This document shows positions 1 to 8,516 of a stretch of DNA of 43,439 nucleotides, in pieces; position 1 is the first letter of the stretch; every line of letters begins with the position of its first letter. The stretch is taken from IMG/VR virus record IMGVR_UViG_3300013296_000006, positions 1 through 43,439 of that record, one strand, 5' to 3'. Under the pieces are notes generated by a model that was not told the origin of the DNA, ran no database searches, and worked only from the letters and a program-made list of their open reading frames with translations. Source of the DNA: a virus. The position numbers and the translations under genes were made by a program.

Positions 1-123
1 AACCACGGCCTGACGACTGTACAGAGTTTGCGTAACAAGTCGTACCCCAATTTGTACATGCGCGAAACTAATGAAGAGAATCGCTTTCAAGAGCGAACTG
101 CAGTCATGGGTTGGCGCACTGAC
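1..123. repeat. Terminal direct repeat, copy A (identical to 43317-43439). Read as the assembly overlap of a circular or circularly permuted genome.
   Basis: Bases 1-123 (aaccacggcctgacgactgtacag...ggttggcgcactgac) recur exactly at 43317-43439. The repeat sits inside a continuous terminase reading frame. Confidence 0.95.
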
Positions 124-510
124 AAAAAGACAAAACCTGTTATCATAAACAATTTAGGCAAAGCAATTCGTGAAGGTGATATACTTGACTTGGATGTTGT
201 TTTTCTTAGCGAATGTCAAACCTACATCATCGACGATCAGGGTTATACAAATGCTCAAGAAGGACAATTTGATGATACTGTTATGGCAAAGGCAATCGCC
301 TTGCAAATGGCAGGTTTTAACTCTATAGACACCAACCAGTTAAGAGAAAAAATAAGTAAACCAGTAAAGAGAAATAAAAATGCCTCCAACACCGCAAACA
401 GCCTCGACTCAATCGCCCGCCCAGGTGTCAAGCGCTCAACCTACGGCGAAGCAGTCAGCCGAAGACGATCAGCAAGAGCAGCACATCGAGCAAGTCGTCA
501 CGCCAGGTAA
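1..510 (+). CDS. terL: Terminase large subunit, C-terminal part (same gene as 41862-43439; total 654 aa on the 43,316-bp circle).
   Basis: Frame 1 is open from base 1 to TAA at 508-510. It contains GWRTDKKTKPVIINNL and FDDTVMAKAIALQ, typical of the TerL nuclease C-terminus. The last ~45 aa are Arg/Ser/Ala-rich low complexity. Confidence 0.9.
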   Translation, partial: NHGLTTVQSLRNKSYPNLYMRETNEENRFQERTAVMGWRTDKKTKPVIINNLGKAIREGDILDLDVVFLSECQTYIIDDQGYTNAQEGQFDDTVMAKAIALQMAGFNSIDTNQLREKISKPVKRNKNASNTANSLDSIARPGVKRSTYGEAVSRRRSARAAHRASRHAR

Positions 511-2425
511 TCTAAGCCTAGAGGATGCGCTTGCGCTATTTAAAGATGCTCGGCGCTATATTGATAGCGGTTATCGTAACGATTGGGATAAGTATTTTAA
601 GGTTTACAGTGGTAAGCGTGTCATCCGAAATTATGAGGGTATTTCTGACCCCGTTATTCGTGAATCCCATACTATTATCGAAACGCTGGTGGCTAATATT
701 GCTTCGGGTTATCCGAAGTTTCATTTTGTACAAACCAATGAAGAGCAAGCCAAAGATACGCAAGTGCTCAATGACATGCTTGATTACTACATGGTGTGTA
801 ACCAGATGGGCCTCAAAAACCAAGAGTGGGTACGCGACATGTTGCTGTACGGTACAGGTGTTTTGGGTGTTGAGTGGCGTGACGGCGAACCGTTTATTTT
901 CAATGTTCCGCTTCGTGATTTCTTCTTTGATCCGACTTCAACTGGTATTACGCAAACGCTTAATCCCGCGCAGTATGCAGGTTATGAATATCTAGCTGAT
1001 AAAAATACTTTGGCTAGTGAGCGCATCTTCGATGCTGATAAGAACGCTTGGGTGCCACGTTACGACCTTACTGATCTTGAAAATAGCCCACCAGAGCCTA
1101 AAGGTGGGGCTGGCACCAAAGGTATGGACAAAGCCTTTAAGGATATGTTTAAGGGTTCAACTCTTGGCGAAAAAGCCATGGAAAACCAGATTCATGTTAT
1201 TAAACTCTATCACTTGCCAACTGGTCGTTTAGTCGAAATCGGTAACAAGAAGAAATTTATCTACAACCAACCGACCTGGACGCAGCGCGAAGAAATGACG
1301 CGGCAGATTGTTACTAATGTTGATGGTCAAGATATCCCAGGTACCCAAACGCTTGATCAGATCAAGCCATTTTTGCCATTTGCTATTTTGCGTGACTACA
1401 TTGATAGCTCTCAGTTCTTAGGTACGGGTGAAATGGCCCTTATCATGAACGATGCTGAGCTGCTGAACGACTATGAGGCCATGCAGATTGATAACAATGC
1501 CTATCAGAACACTCCAATGTACTGGATTGACCCACAATACTCTGATTTGGCGGCTGAAATCGAGACTATCCCTGGTGCAGTTTACCCGATTCCTCGCAAT
1601 GCTATTGGTGCGATTGAGCGGCCGCAGCTTACAGGCGACTTGGATAACAAACAAGAGCGTATTCTCGAACGTATGCGCCGCGCTACGGGCGCTGATGAGG
1701 TCATTCAGGGCTCTCAGCCAAGTTCTAGCCGTACAACTGCTACAGAAGTCAATTCAACGCTTCAGCAGGCTCAAACGCGCTTTAGCACGAAGATTTCCAA
1801 TTTGGAAAGTGAAGGTTACGCACAATTGGCGCTGCTTATCTTTAAAATGGTGCAAATTTTCGTCACTAAAAAGACTGCCATGCGTATTGTTGGCAAAATG
1901 GGTGTCTTCTTTAAAGACTTTGACCCCTGGGATTACAACGGTAAATGGGAAGCTCACGCACAACTTGATACCACCATTAAGCAAAACCAGGTTGAAGTTG
2001 GCCTGAAAGATCAGGCAGTGTATGAATCACTAAAGTCTACCCCTGGTATTGATCAGCTTGCGCTTGCTCGTTGGTGGATTATGAAGAAAGACCCGAATAT
2101 GACTGATGAAGAATTTAATGGCATGTTAGCACCGCCACCACCTCCCCAAAAACCAGAAGCCAAAGATTACTTGCAGGTTGCTTACAAAGACCTCGAACCG
2201 TGGGGTCGTTACCAGGCACAGAAAGATTTGGGCTGGCAACCAGACCCGTCATTGGCTGGTGACATGCACAACCGAATGCTTGATCAGGCTAATGAGGGTG
2301 CTGAATCTATGGATGTCGCAACCCGTCGTGATGGTACGGTAGTACCTGGGCTTGAAAATATGGTTAATCCTCCCGCACCAGAGCCCGCTCAGGCACCTGC
2401 TGGACTCGCGCCTGCTGCAGCATAG
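380..2425 (+). CDS. Portal protein.
   Basis: 681-aa ORF immediately after terL; size and position are typical of a portal. The N-terminal ~45 aa are Q/S/A/P-rich and overlap the terL 3' end by 131 nt. The C-terminus is Pro/Ala-rich. Confidence 0.8.
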   Translation: MPPTPQTASTQSPAQVSSAQPTAKQSAEDDQQEQHIEQVVTPGNLSLEDALALFKDARRYIDSGYRNDWDKYFKVYSGKRVIRNYEGISDPVIRESHTIIETLVANIASGYPKFHFVQTNEEQAKDTQVLNDMLDYYMVCNQMGLKNQEWVRDMLLYGTGVLGVEWRDGEPFIFNVPLRDFFFDPTSTGITQTLNPAQYAGYEYLADKNTLASERIFDADKNAWVPRYDLTDLENSPPEPKGGAGTKGMDKAFKDMFKGSTLGEKAMENQIHVIKLYHLPTGRLVEIGNKKKFIYNQPTWTQREEMTRQIVTNVDGQDIPGTQTLDQIKPFLPFAILRDYIDSSQFLGTGEMALIMNDAELLNDYEAMQIDNNAYQNTPMYWIDPQYSDLAAEIETIPGAVYPIPRNAIGAIERPQLTGDLDNKQERILERMRRATGADEVIQGSQPSSSRTTATEVNSTLQQAQTRFSTKISNLESEGYAQLALLIFKMVQIFVTKKTAMRIVGKMGVFFKDFDPWDYNGKWEAHAQLDTTIKQNQVEVGLKDQAVYESLKSTPGIDQLALARWWIMKKDPNMTDEEFNGMLAPPPPPQKPEAKDYLQVAYKDLEPWGRYQAQKDLGWQPDPSLAGDMHNRMLDQANEGAESMDVATRRDGTVVPGLENMVNPPAPEPAQAPAGLAPAAA

Positions 2426-2464
2426 TGCTATACTGCTACTGATTAACAGTAAGGAGCTAATCTC

Positions 2465-2857
2465 ATGGCAAAATCAACAGTAAAATCAGCTAATGCAACC
2501 CGTGGTCAAAAAGCCAAGGCTGCTCATCAAAAAGGCACAAATCAACGTGCCGCAGATCAGGCAACACTTAAAGCTATGTATTTGGCGGACTCTGAGAATC
2601 CACTGTTGCTTGATATTATCGCTAAAGCTGAGAGTTTTATTAAATACCATGTCAAATTGGCTCAAGACGGTACAGGTGCTCGAAAAACAGGTTACAAATT
2701 ATCTGATGGTACCCCCGAAATCGAAAATTACTTTTTTAGTAATGATGAGATTGCCTCTGAGATGAAAAAAGCTGCTGGGCTTCAAGAGCTTTTGGACTAC
2801 ATCAATCGTCAGCTTACTTTGCCAGAGCCTACTAAGAAGACCAAAAAAGTTTCATAA
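2465..2857 (+). CDS. Hypothetical head-module protein (130 aa).
   Basis: AAGGAG lies 8 nt upstream of the ATG. Both termini are basic. No family recognised. Sits between portal and scaffold. Confidence 0.6.
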   Translation: MAKSTVKSANATRGQKAKAAHQKGTNQRAADQATLKAMYLADSENPLLLDIIAKAESFIKYHVKLAQDGTGARKTGYKLSDGTPEIENYFFSNDEIASEMKKAAGLQELLDYINRQLTLPEPTKKTKKVS

Positions 2858-2948
2858 TTTTGTTACCACTCCTATTTGGTGTATTCTAAATTCATAACCG
2901 TATTGCGGTTTGCAATTTTCACACAAAAAATAAGGAGAAAAAAGAAAG

Positions 2949-3785
2949 ATGGAAGACGATCCAACTACTCCCGTGGACAACCTCAATGGCGACGCTGATA
3001 CCAGCACGACCGCTACAGACCCTAACGGAACTGGTCAAGGAACTGGCGCAGATGCCAACGACTCCGACCCATCAAAGTCAACCGACACTAGTTCGGCTGA
3101 TGGCGATAAAAAACCAACAGCAAATGATAGTGCCGATCAAGTTGACACTCCCGCCCCCCTCGATGCCGATTTAGACGATTGGATTGAGAAAAAGGGTCTA
3201 GCTAAACCTACTACTGAAGCTGAGAAACGAGCATATCAAGATATGCGCAATGATCAGCGTGAATTTACACGACAGCAGCAGGCTAAGAAAGATTCCTCCA
3301 CTTTGGCGGATTCGGTAACGAAAACCAAAGATGAACTCAAACCAAAAGAAGGTGACGAAGAACTCGATCCAGTTGAAAAGCGGCTTGCCGACTTGGAAGC
3401 AGATCGTGTTGCTGAACGTACCACTCGATTACAATCAGAGTTCTATACGACAGAAAAGGTTACACCCGAAGAGCACAAGCAAATTTTGGAAATCTTCAAA
3501 GAAAAAGTTGACCGTCAGCCCGATAATGCTTCGAAGCTGAAGGCAGTTGATCTTTGGGGCTCACCCGAAGCTTTGCCAGACTTACTAGACATTGCGCGAG
3601 CACGTTTAGCTAAGACTAGTGATTCATCTGAGGTTGCAGAAAAGGCGGCTCGTGAAGAGCGTGAGAGAATTGCGCGTGAATCAAATGCCAAGTCTCCTGG
3701 TCGGAACGCCTCAACTACTACTACTGCTGATAAAACAGAAACAGAAGCTCAGGTTGAAAGGTTTCGTACTAGGTTTAATAAATAA
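2949..3785 (+). CDS. Scaffolding protein (putative).
   Basis: AAGGAG Shine-Dalgarno (SD) site upstream. 278 aa, with an acidic low-complexity N-terminus followed by a long charged helical region. Located between the portal and capsid genes. Confidence 0.6.
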   Translation: MEDDPTTPVDNLNGDADTSTTATDPNGTGQGTGADANDSDPSKSTDTSSADGDKKPTANDSADQVDTPAPLDADLDDWIEKKGLAKPTTEAEKRAYQDMRNDQREFTRQQQAKKDSSTLADSVTKTKDELKPKEGDEELDPVEKRLADLEADRVAERTTRLQSEFYTTEKVTPEEHKQILEIFKEKVDRQPDNASKLKAVDLWGSPEALPDLLDIARARLAKTSDSSEVAEKAAREERERIARESNAKSPGRNASTTTTADKTETEAQVERFRTRFNK

Positions 3786-3803
3786 CGAAAGTGAAAAACC
3801 TAC

Positions 3804-4637
3804 ATGCAAAACTATGCAACAGAAGTGCTCGATCTGATCGACGAGCGGTTTTACCTAGAAAGTAAAACTAACGCAATCGTAAACAACGGTTTGCAATTCG
3901 ATTTTACAGGCGTTAATGCCGTAACTATCTACAACATTGATGTCGTTGCTGAAAACGACTACCAGCGAACTGGTACCATGCGTTATGGTCAACTGGTCGA
4001 ACTCGGTGACGGTGTTCAAACTAAAATCTTGTCTCAGGACAAGTCCTTCGCAATCTCTATCGACCGTGGAAACCGCGAAGACAGTAAAATGGTCTTGTCA
4101 ATGGAAGACGCTGTTACGCGTCAGGTTCGTGAGGTTTCAGTTCCTACCGTTGATATCTATCGTCTAGGTGTTTTGACTGCTTATGCTATCGCTAACAGCC
4201 AAACTACTACTGGTGCTCTAGCTTACAACACTATTTTCGCCGCTATATTGACTGAACGCGCAGCACTCATTAACGCCAAGGTAAATCTTGACGATATCGT
4301 TTGTTACATTAACCCAACTTCAGAAGCCTACCTGTGGCAAGACCCTGCGTTTAAAACCGCTTGTAACGCCACTAACGAAGACCGTGCTACTGGTGTAATC
4401 GGTACTGTAATGGGTATGAAAATTGTTGTCTGCCCTGATAGCTACTACGTTGCGAACTTTGGCTTTATGCTATGTTCTGACAAGGTGCTTGTCGCTCCTA
4501 CCAAGTTTGATGAAATCAAAACTGGTGATGGTTTCCCATTTGGTATTTCTGGTATGGTTGGCTTCGGTCGCCGTTACTACGATGCCTTTGTTACTAGCAA
4601 TAAGGGTCCAGCCATTCGCGTTCGAATGTTAGCTTAA
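3804..4637 (+). CDS. Major capsid protein (putative, HK97-fold class).
   Basis: 277-aa ORF directly after the scaffold candidate. The head operon ends shortly downstream at a strong terminator. Family not verified by search. Confidence 0.7.
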   Translation: MQNYATEVLDLIDERFYLESKTNAIVNNGLQFDFTGVNAVTIYNIDVVAENDYQRTGTMRYGQLVELGDGVQTKILSQDKSFAISIDRGNREDSKMVLSMEDAVTRQVREVSVPTVDIYRLGVLTAYAIANSQTTTGALAYNTIFAAILTERAALINAKVNLDDIVCYINPTSEAYLWQDPAFKTACNATNEDRATGVIGTVMGMKIVVCPDSYYVANFGFMLCSDKVLVAPTKFDEIKTGDGFPFGISGMVGFGRRYYDAFVTSNKGPAIRVRMLA

Positions 4638-4661
4638 TCTTAGAAAGGAACATATAAAATC

Positions 4662-5312
4662 ATGCCAACATATCCAAAGCCCCAAGCGGGCCAAGCAAAA
4701 AGTCGGGAAGAGGGCGGCCGCGCCGCTCCCGCAGGTTGGTGGGTTCATCCTGAGACTGGCAATCGTGCCATTACTCTTGAAGACCCCCTATTTGGTAACG
4801 CGCAATCTCAGGCATTTTTACAGGCAGGTTTCGTTTTCGAGCGAGATGCTAATCCTGATGAAGTCCAAACATTGCCTCAGTTAGCTCTTGAACAGAATCA
4901 TGCTGATCGTGAGAACTTTAAGGGTCTGTCAGCTCGTATGAGCGCACTTGAAGGTGTTGCGGATGAAAATGCTGCTCTAAAGCGTCGTATCGCAGAACTT
5001 GAGGCCCAGGGCAATTCAAATGATCCTGCCACTCAATCTGGTAATGACGCCAAGAAAGCTGCATTTAACCGTGTAGACGCTGATATGCAGCTTAACCCTG
5101 GTGATGACACAACCCCAGGTGGTGATGAAACCTCTGAAGAGGACGAAAACTCTGGTGATGACACACCCGAAAAACCTTTAAATAAGCAAAATGCAACTGA
5201 GTTGAAGGCAACTGCTGAACGTGAAGGTGTTGATGTCTCTGGTGCTGATACTAATAAAAAATTGGTCGCCGCTATCCAAAAAGCCCGCGACGCTAAAGAA
5301 AGTGAGAAATAG
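4662..5312 (+). CDS. Head-associated protein with a C-terminal HeH/SAP-like (Rho-N-like) motif.
   Basis: 216 aa. Coiled-coil segment ALKRRIAELEAQ, then an acidic linker. The C-terminal NATELKATAEREGVDVSGADTNKKLVAAIQKAR resembles helix-extension-helix DNA-binding motifs. Confidence 0.5.
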   Translation: MPTYPKPQAGQAKSREEGGRAAPAGWWVHPETGNRAITLEDPLFGNAQSQAFLQAGFVFERDANPDEVQTLPQLALEQNHADRENFKGLSARMSALEGVADENAALKRRIAELEAQGNSNDPATQSGNDAKKAAFNRVDADMQLNPGDDTTPGGDETSEEDENSGDDTPEKPLNKQNATELKATAEREGVDVSGADTNKKLVAAIQKARDAKESEK

Positions 5313-5314
5313 TC

Positions 5315-5698
5315 ATGGCAAATCTTCCTGACGGTCGAACTAAACTCGACGTTTCAGCTAACCTTACGTTAGTCAAAGACACGCATACTGGTGTCGTCAT
5401 CAACGTGGTTGCAGATGGTAAGAATATTACCCTCCCTGCCGCTGCTGCTGGTGTAATGTTTAAAATTCGTAACGGTGGTGCAGCTCCTACGGGTGCTCCT
5501 GTCGGTGCGAGTGGTAACAAGAGTATGGCAGTCACGATTGTACCTAATGGTACCGATACCATCGGTGGTGCTGGTCGTGCAGCCGCTAACACTAACCTAG
5601 TCAACACGAAAGCCACAGCTAATGTCGGTGACGAAGTTGAACTGCTTAGTGTAGCTGGTGCCTGGCAAATTGTCGGTAAGAAAGGTATTTGGGCCTAG
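5315..5698 (+). CDS. Small Gly/Ala/Thr-rich beta protein, possibly head decoration or fibre.
   Basis: 127 aa, start 3 nt after the upstream stop. Last gene before the intrinsic terminator at 5717-5747. Confidence 0.55.
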   Translation: MANLPDGRTKLDVSANLTLVKDTHTGVVINVVADGKNITLPAAAAGVMFKIRNGGAAPTGAPVGASGNKSMAVTIVPNGTDTIGGAGRAAANTNLVNTKATANVGDEVELLSVAGAWQIVGKKGIWA

Positions 5699-5716
5699 CC
5701 CAATTCCTGTCTTCCT

Positions 5717-5747
5717 GAAAAAGAAGTCTTTCGGGGCTTCTTTTTTT
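5717..5747 (+). terminator. Rho-independent terminator after the capsid block.
   Basis: Stem aagaagtc (5721-5728) pairs with ggcttctt (5735-5742) around a 6-nt loop, followed by a T-run. Confidence 0.8.
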
Positions 5748-5776
5748 ATGCTTGCGTTTTAGATTTGTGGTATTAT
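5748..5776 (+). promoter_or_regulatory. Possible extended -10 promoter (TGgTATTAT).
   Basis: tgg tattat at 5768-5776. The -35 is poor (atgctt). Lies between the terminator and the gene at 5809. Confidence 0.35.
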
Positions 5777-5808
5777 GAACTTATAACTCTTAGAAAGATA
5801 AAAACCAT

Positions 5809-6255
5809 ATGACAACAGTACCAGTAGGACAACTCGAAGAGATCAAAGCCTTTGGCGGTATTTTAGCCAAGAAAAAGGTGACTCTTGATGGCTCTGCTAA
5901 CAATGGTGCAATCGGTACATTCCCTATTTTTACTGTAAAAGGCCAGGTATTATTGGCGCTGATTTGTGTCAGTGAAGTGGTACCTGTTGGCGCATCTGGT
6001 ACTCTAAAAGTTGGTAACTCAGGTAGCACGGCTCGTTATTTACCCTCTTTGACTGCTACTACTTTGGTGGCTGGTGCAAGTGAAGATATCACTGGCTTAG
6101 TCAGTGCAGGTACAGCTTTAAAAACTACCCCATCACAGGTAGCTTTAGACGGCGAAACTATTATCGGTACCGTCGCTACTACTGCCCTTACTGCTGGTAC
6201 ACTTGATTATTACGCTTTCTATATCCCACTAACAGATGGGGCAAGTGTCTCATAA
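5809..6255 (+). CDS. Virion structural protein (148 aa, beta-rich, Thr/Gly/Ala-rich).
   Basis: ATG at 5809 following the terminator/promoter region. Composition resembles 5315-5698. Confidence 0.55.
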   Translation: MTTVPVGQLEEIKAFGGILAKKKVTLDGSANNGAIGTFPIFTVKGQVLLALICVSEVVPVGASGTLKVGNSGSTARYLPSLTATTLVAGASEDITGLVSAGTALKTTPSQVALDGETIIGTVATTALTAGTLDYYAFYIPLTDGASVS

Positions 6256-6263
6256 GGAATAAT

Positions 6264-6452
6264 ATGTCTACTCAAACCAAAACTTTTCACAATACTACAA
6301 AAAAAACTATCAATGTCCTAGGCATTGGTGAAATCCCTGCAGGTGAGCAGATCAGTGTCACTGGTGAATATTTACCACCTGTAGTACTCGCTAATTATCC
6401 TGGTCTTGTCGAAACAACTGACGATGAAGCGCCCAAGAAAGGTTCAAAATGA
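6264..6452 (+). CDS. Hypothetical small structural-module protein (62 aa).
   Basis: ATG ORF whose stop overlaps the next start (ATGA at 6449). Confidence 0.5.
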   Translation: MSTQTKTFHNTTKKTINVLGIGEIPAGEQISVTGEYLPPVVLANYPGLVETTDDEAPKKGSK

Positions 6453-7363
6453 GCAAAGCTAAAATTATAAAAATTCCTGGTCTTGGTCAGCTTGCAATCG
6501 CACTAGATTTACATGGTGCTGCCAAACAGGTTCATGCCTTCGGTGCCGAAGTTTTTGATACTGAGCTTACTGTTAAGGTGCTTGATAAAGATGGCAATGA
6601 GAAAAAGATTCGTGACTACTTTGGCGGTAATCGTTTTCAGCGTTTACTCTATCGCCTTATTTACCGCAACAAAACTGAGCTAAGTTTAGGTTCGGGTTTG
6701 ACTACTAACGTAAGTGCTCTGGCCCTTGCCAACGATTTCAACTTAGCTGGTCCATCAGGTGCGCCGATCAACACTATCAAGCTTGCCAACTACCATGTAT
6801 CTGGTACGGGTACTACGGCGGCTGCTGCAACTGACATCAAGCTTCAGACTCAATCGACAAATGGTGGCCAAACGCCTGTAGCGGGTGCTCAGACCCTTAT
6901 TTCGGCCGCTAACCTCCAGAAGTACCAAACCGTTGCTACAATCAGCTACACGGGCTCTGAAGCGGTTACAGAATGGGGTTTGCTCTGTGGTACTATCGCA
7001 GGTGCTATTTCTGGTACGACTGGTTCGCCGTTTACTTCTGGTACTTCTACCAGTGGTACCGTAACTGGTACGCCATTGACTGCTTCTAGCTCAACTGTTC
7101 AGGGCCAACAGCAAACCATTTTTGAAAACACTGGTAACGCTACTCCTTCATGGGGCTTGGTAACTTCTAACACCACCTCAGTTGTCAACGTGCCTGCTTG
7201 GTACAAAGTCGCTGACGGTACGGCTGGCGCGACTCCAGCTAACACTAACGCTTATACTATTCGGCCTGTTATGTTTGATCACAAAGTATTCAGTGCGATC
7301 AACGTAGTTAATGGTGACTCGATTCAGTACACCTACACACTCACGGTAGCATCAGGGGGCTAA
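6449..7363 (+). CDS. Virion structural protein, fibre-like (304 aa).
   Basis: ATGA coupling. Thr/Gly/Ser-rich. The segment HVSGTGTTAAAATDIKLQ...VTEWGLL resembles a pattern I associate with phage fibre or tail proteins; not verified. Confidence 0.5.
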   Translation: MSKAKIIKIPGLGQLAIALDLHGAAKQVHAFGAEVFDTELTVKVLDKDGNEKKIRDYFGGNRFQRLLYRLIYRNKTELSLGSGLTTNVSALALANDFNLAGPSGAPINTIKLANYHVSGTGTTAAAATDIKLQTQSTNGGQTPVAGAQTLISAANLQKYQTVATISYTGSEAVTEWGLLCGTIAGAISGTTGSPFTSGTSTSGTVTGTPLTASSSTVQGQQQTIFENTGNATPSWGLVTSNTTSVVNVPAWYKVADGTAGATPANTNAYTIRPVMFDHKVFSAINVVNGDSIQYTYTLTVASGG

Positions 7364-7364
7364 A

Positions 7365-8513
7365 GTGGCCTTCGACAAGCACAACAACTTTGCATATAGC
7401 GTTATAGCTACTGCACCTTCGCCTGCAACTTCTGGTCTTTCTTTGGTGGTTTCGGCTGGTGACGGTACCAAATTTCCAACGACACCGTTCAATGCGACTA
7501 TTTGGCCAGTCAACACACAGCCAACCAAAGCCAATGCTGAAATTGTTCGAGTTACAGCTATATCGACTGATACGTTCACAATCGTTAGAACCCAAGAATC
7601 AACTACGGCACGTACCGTTATTGTGGGTGATCAGATTGCCGCAGGTATTACAGTCAAAACGATAACCGATATAGAAACACCGCTTAAAAATATTATTTTT
7701 AATTATGTTGCTTCTGGTTGTGTGTGGACGGCTGACTCAGCAGGTTTGAGTTTAAACGGTAGTATGACATCAGGAGTAGTAATTATCGCGGGTGTGCCGC
7801 TTACTGTTAATGCAGTTTCGGCCCATGCGTTTACTGCATCAAAAGACACCTATGTTGATTTTGTCGATAGCAAAGATGGTACTGCCAAGATTATTTATAC
7901 TGAAGTTACCAATAATGCTGCCTCGCCTAGCACCTTGTCTGACTCAAGTACATTTAGTGATGTTCTGAATATTCGAAATGCAATTATTGTTAGTGGGCTT
8001 ACAATAGCAGCAGCTACCTCTATAAATCAAGGCCAGGAAACAATGGTTTTGCCAATTGCTTCTTCTATCCCATATGCGGTAACTGACAGTCTCGGTAATC
8101 TTATCAACCCAACTGATCCGTTTCGTAAGTTACTTGGCTTGCGTCAGATCATTGCCGATTTTAGCACTGCATCAACGACTGCCGTTGATGTAACGGGTAT
8201 CAATATGTTCGTAAATATTCCTAGTGGTCGTAAGATCAAAGCTACTATGTCAGGAGCACAAGGCTATAACGCTGGTGGTGGTATCAATAAATACAATTTT
8301 GTAGATGTGACTGCTTCGAATACTACTATCTATAATCCGAACCAAAACCCAGGTAACACCGCAGCCCAACCTCAAGAGATAAGCACTGTTCTGACGCCGC
8401 CTAGTAGCGGTTATCGTAACTATAAATTACAAGCATTTGTGAGCACAGGAACCTTGCATACAGCGAGTGTTAGCCAGTCAACTGCTTTGCAGTTTAGAAT
8501 AGAACTGGAGTAA
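7365..8513 (+). CDS. Tail fibre or minor tail protein (382 aa).
   Basis: GTG start with AGGGGG 6 nt upstream. The N-terminal segment (PSPATSGLSLVVSAGDGTKFPTTPFNATIW...AEIVRVTAISTDTFTIVRTQESTTAR) matches a conserved N-domain I recognise from many phage fibre and minor tail proteins. Confidence 0.6.
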   Translation: MAFDKHNNFAYSVIATAPSPATSGLSLVVSAGDGTKFPTTPFNATIWPVNTQPTKANAEIVRVTAISTDTFTIVRTQESTTARTVIVGDQIAAGITVKTITDIETPLKNIIFNYVASGCVWTADSAGLSLNGSMTSGVVIIAGVPLTVNAVSAHAFTASKDTYVDFVDSKDGTAKIIYTEVTNNAASPSTLSDSSTFSDVLNIRNAIIVSGLTIAAATSINQGQETMVLPIASSIPYAVTDSLGNLINPTDPFRKLLGLRQIIADFSTASTTAVDVTGINMFVNIPSGRKIKATMSGAQGYNAGGGINKYNFVDVTASNTTIYNPNQNPGNTAAQPQEISTVLTPPSSGYRNYKLQAFVSTGTLHTASVSQSTALQFRIELE

Positions 8514-8516
8514 TTC

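Noticed and set aside
1-123. The end repeat considered as genuine T7-like direct terminal repeats.
   Set aside because: The repeat falls in the middle of the terL coding sequence with the frame preserved. That fits an assembly overlap better than physical genome ends.
525-2006. Alternative-frame ORFs inside the portal gene (525-995, 1473-2006, and minus-strand ones).
   Set aside because: They are nested in a 681-aa ORF with a coherent protein-like sequence. Their compositions look random.
5293-5616. 107-aa minus-strand ORF opposite 5315-5698.
   Set aside because: It is a shadow of a Gly/Ala/Thr-rich gene and gives Pro/Ala-rich nonsense. It sits inside a strictly + strand operon.
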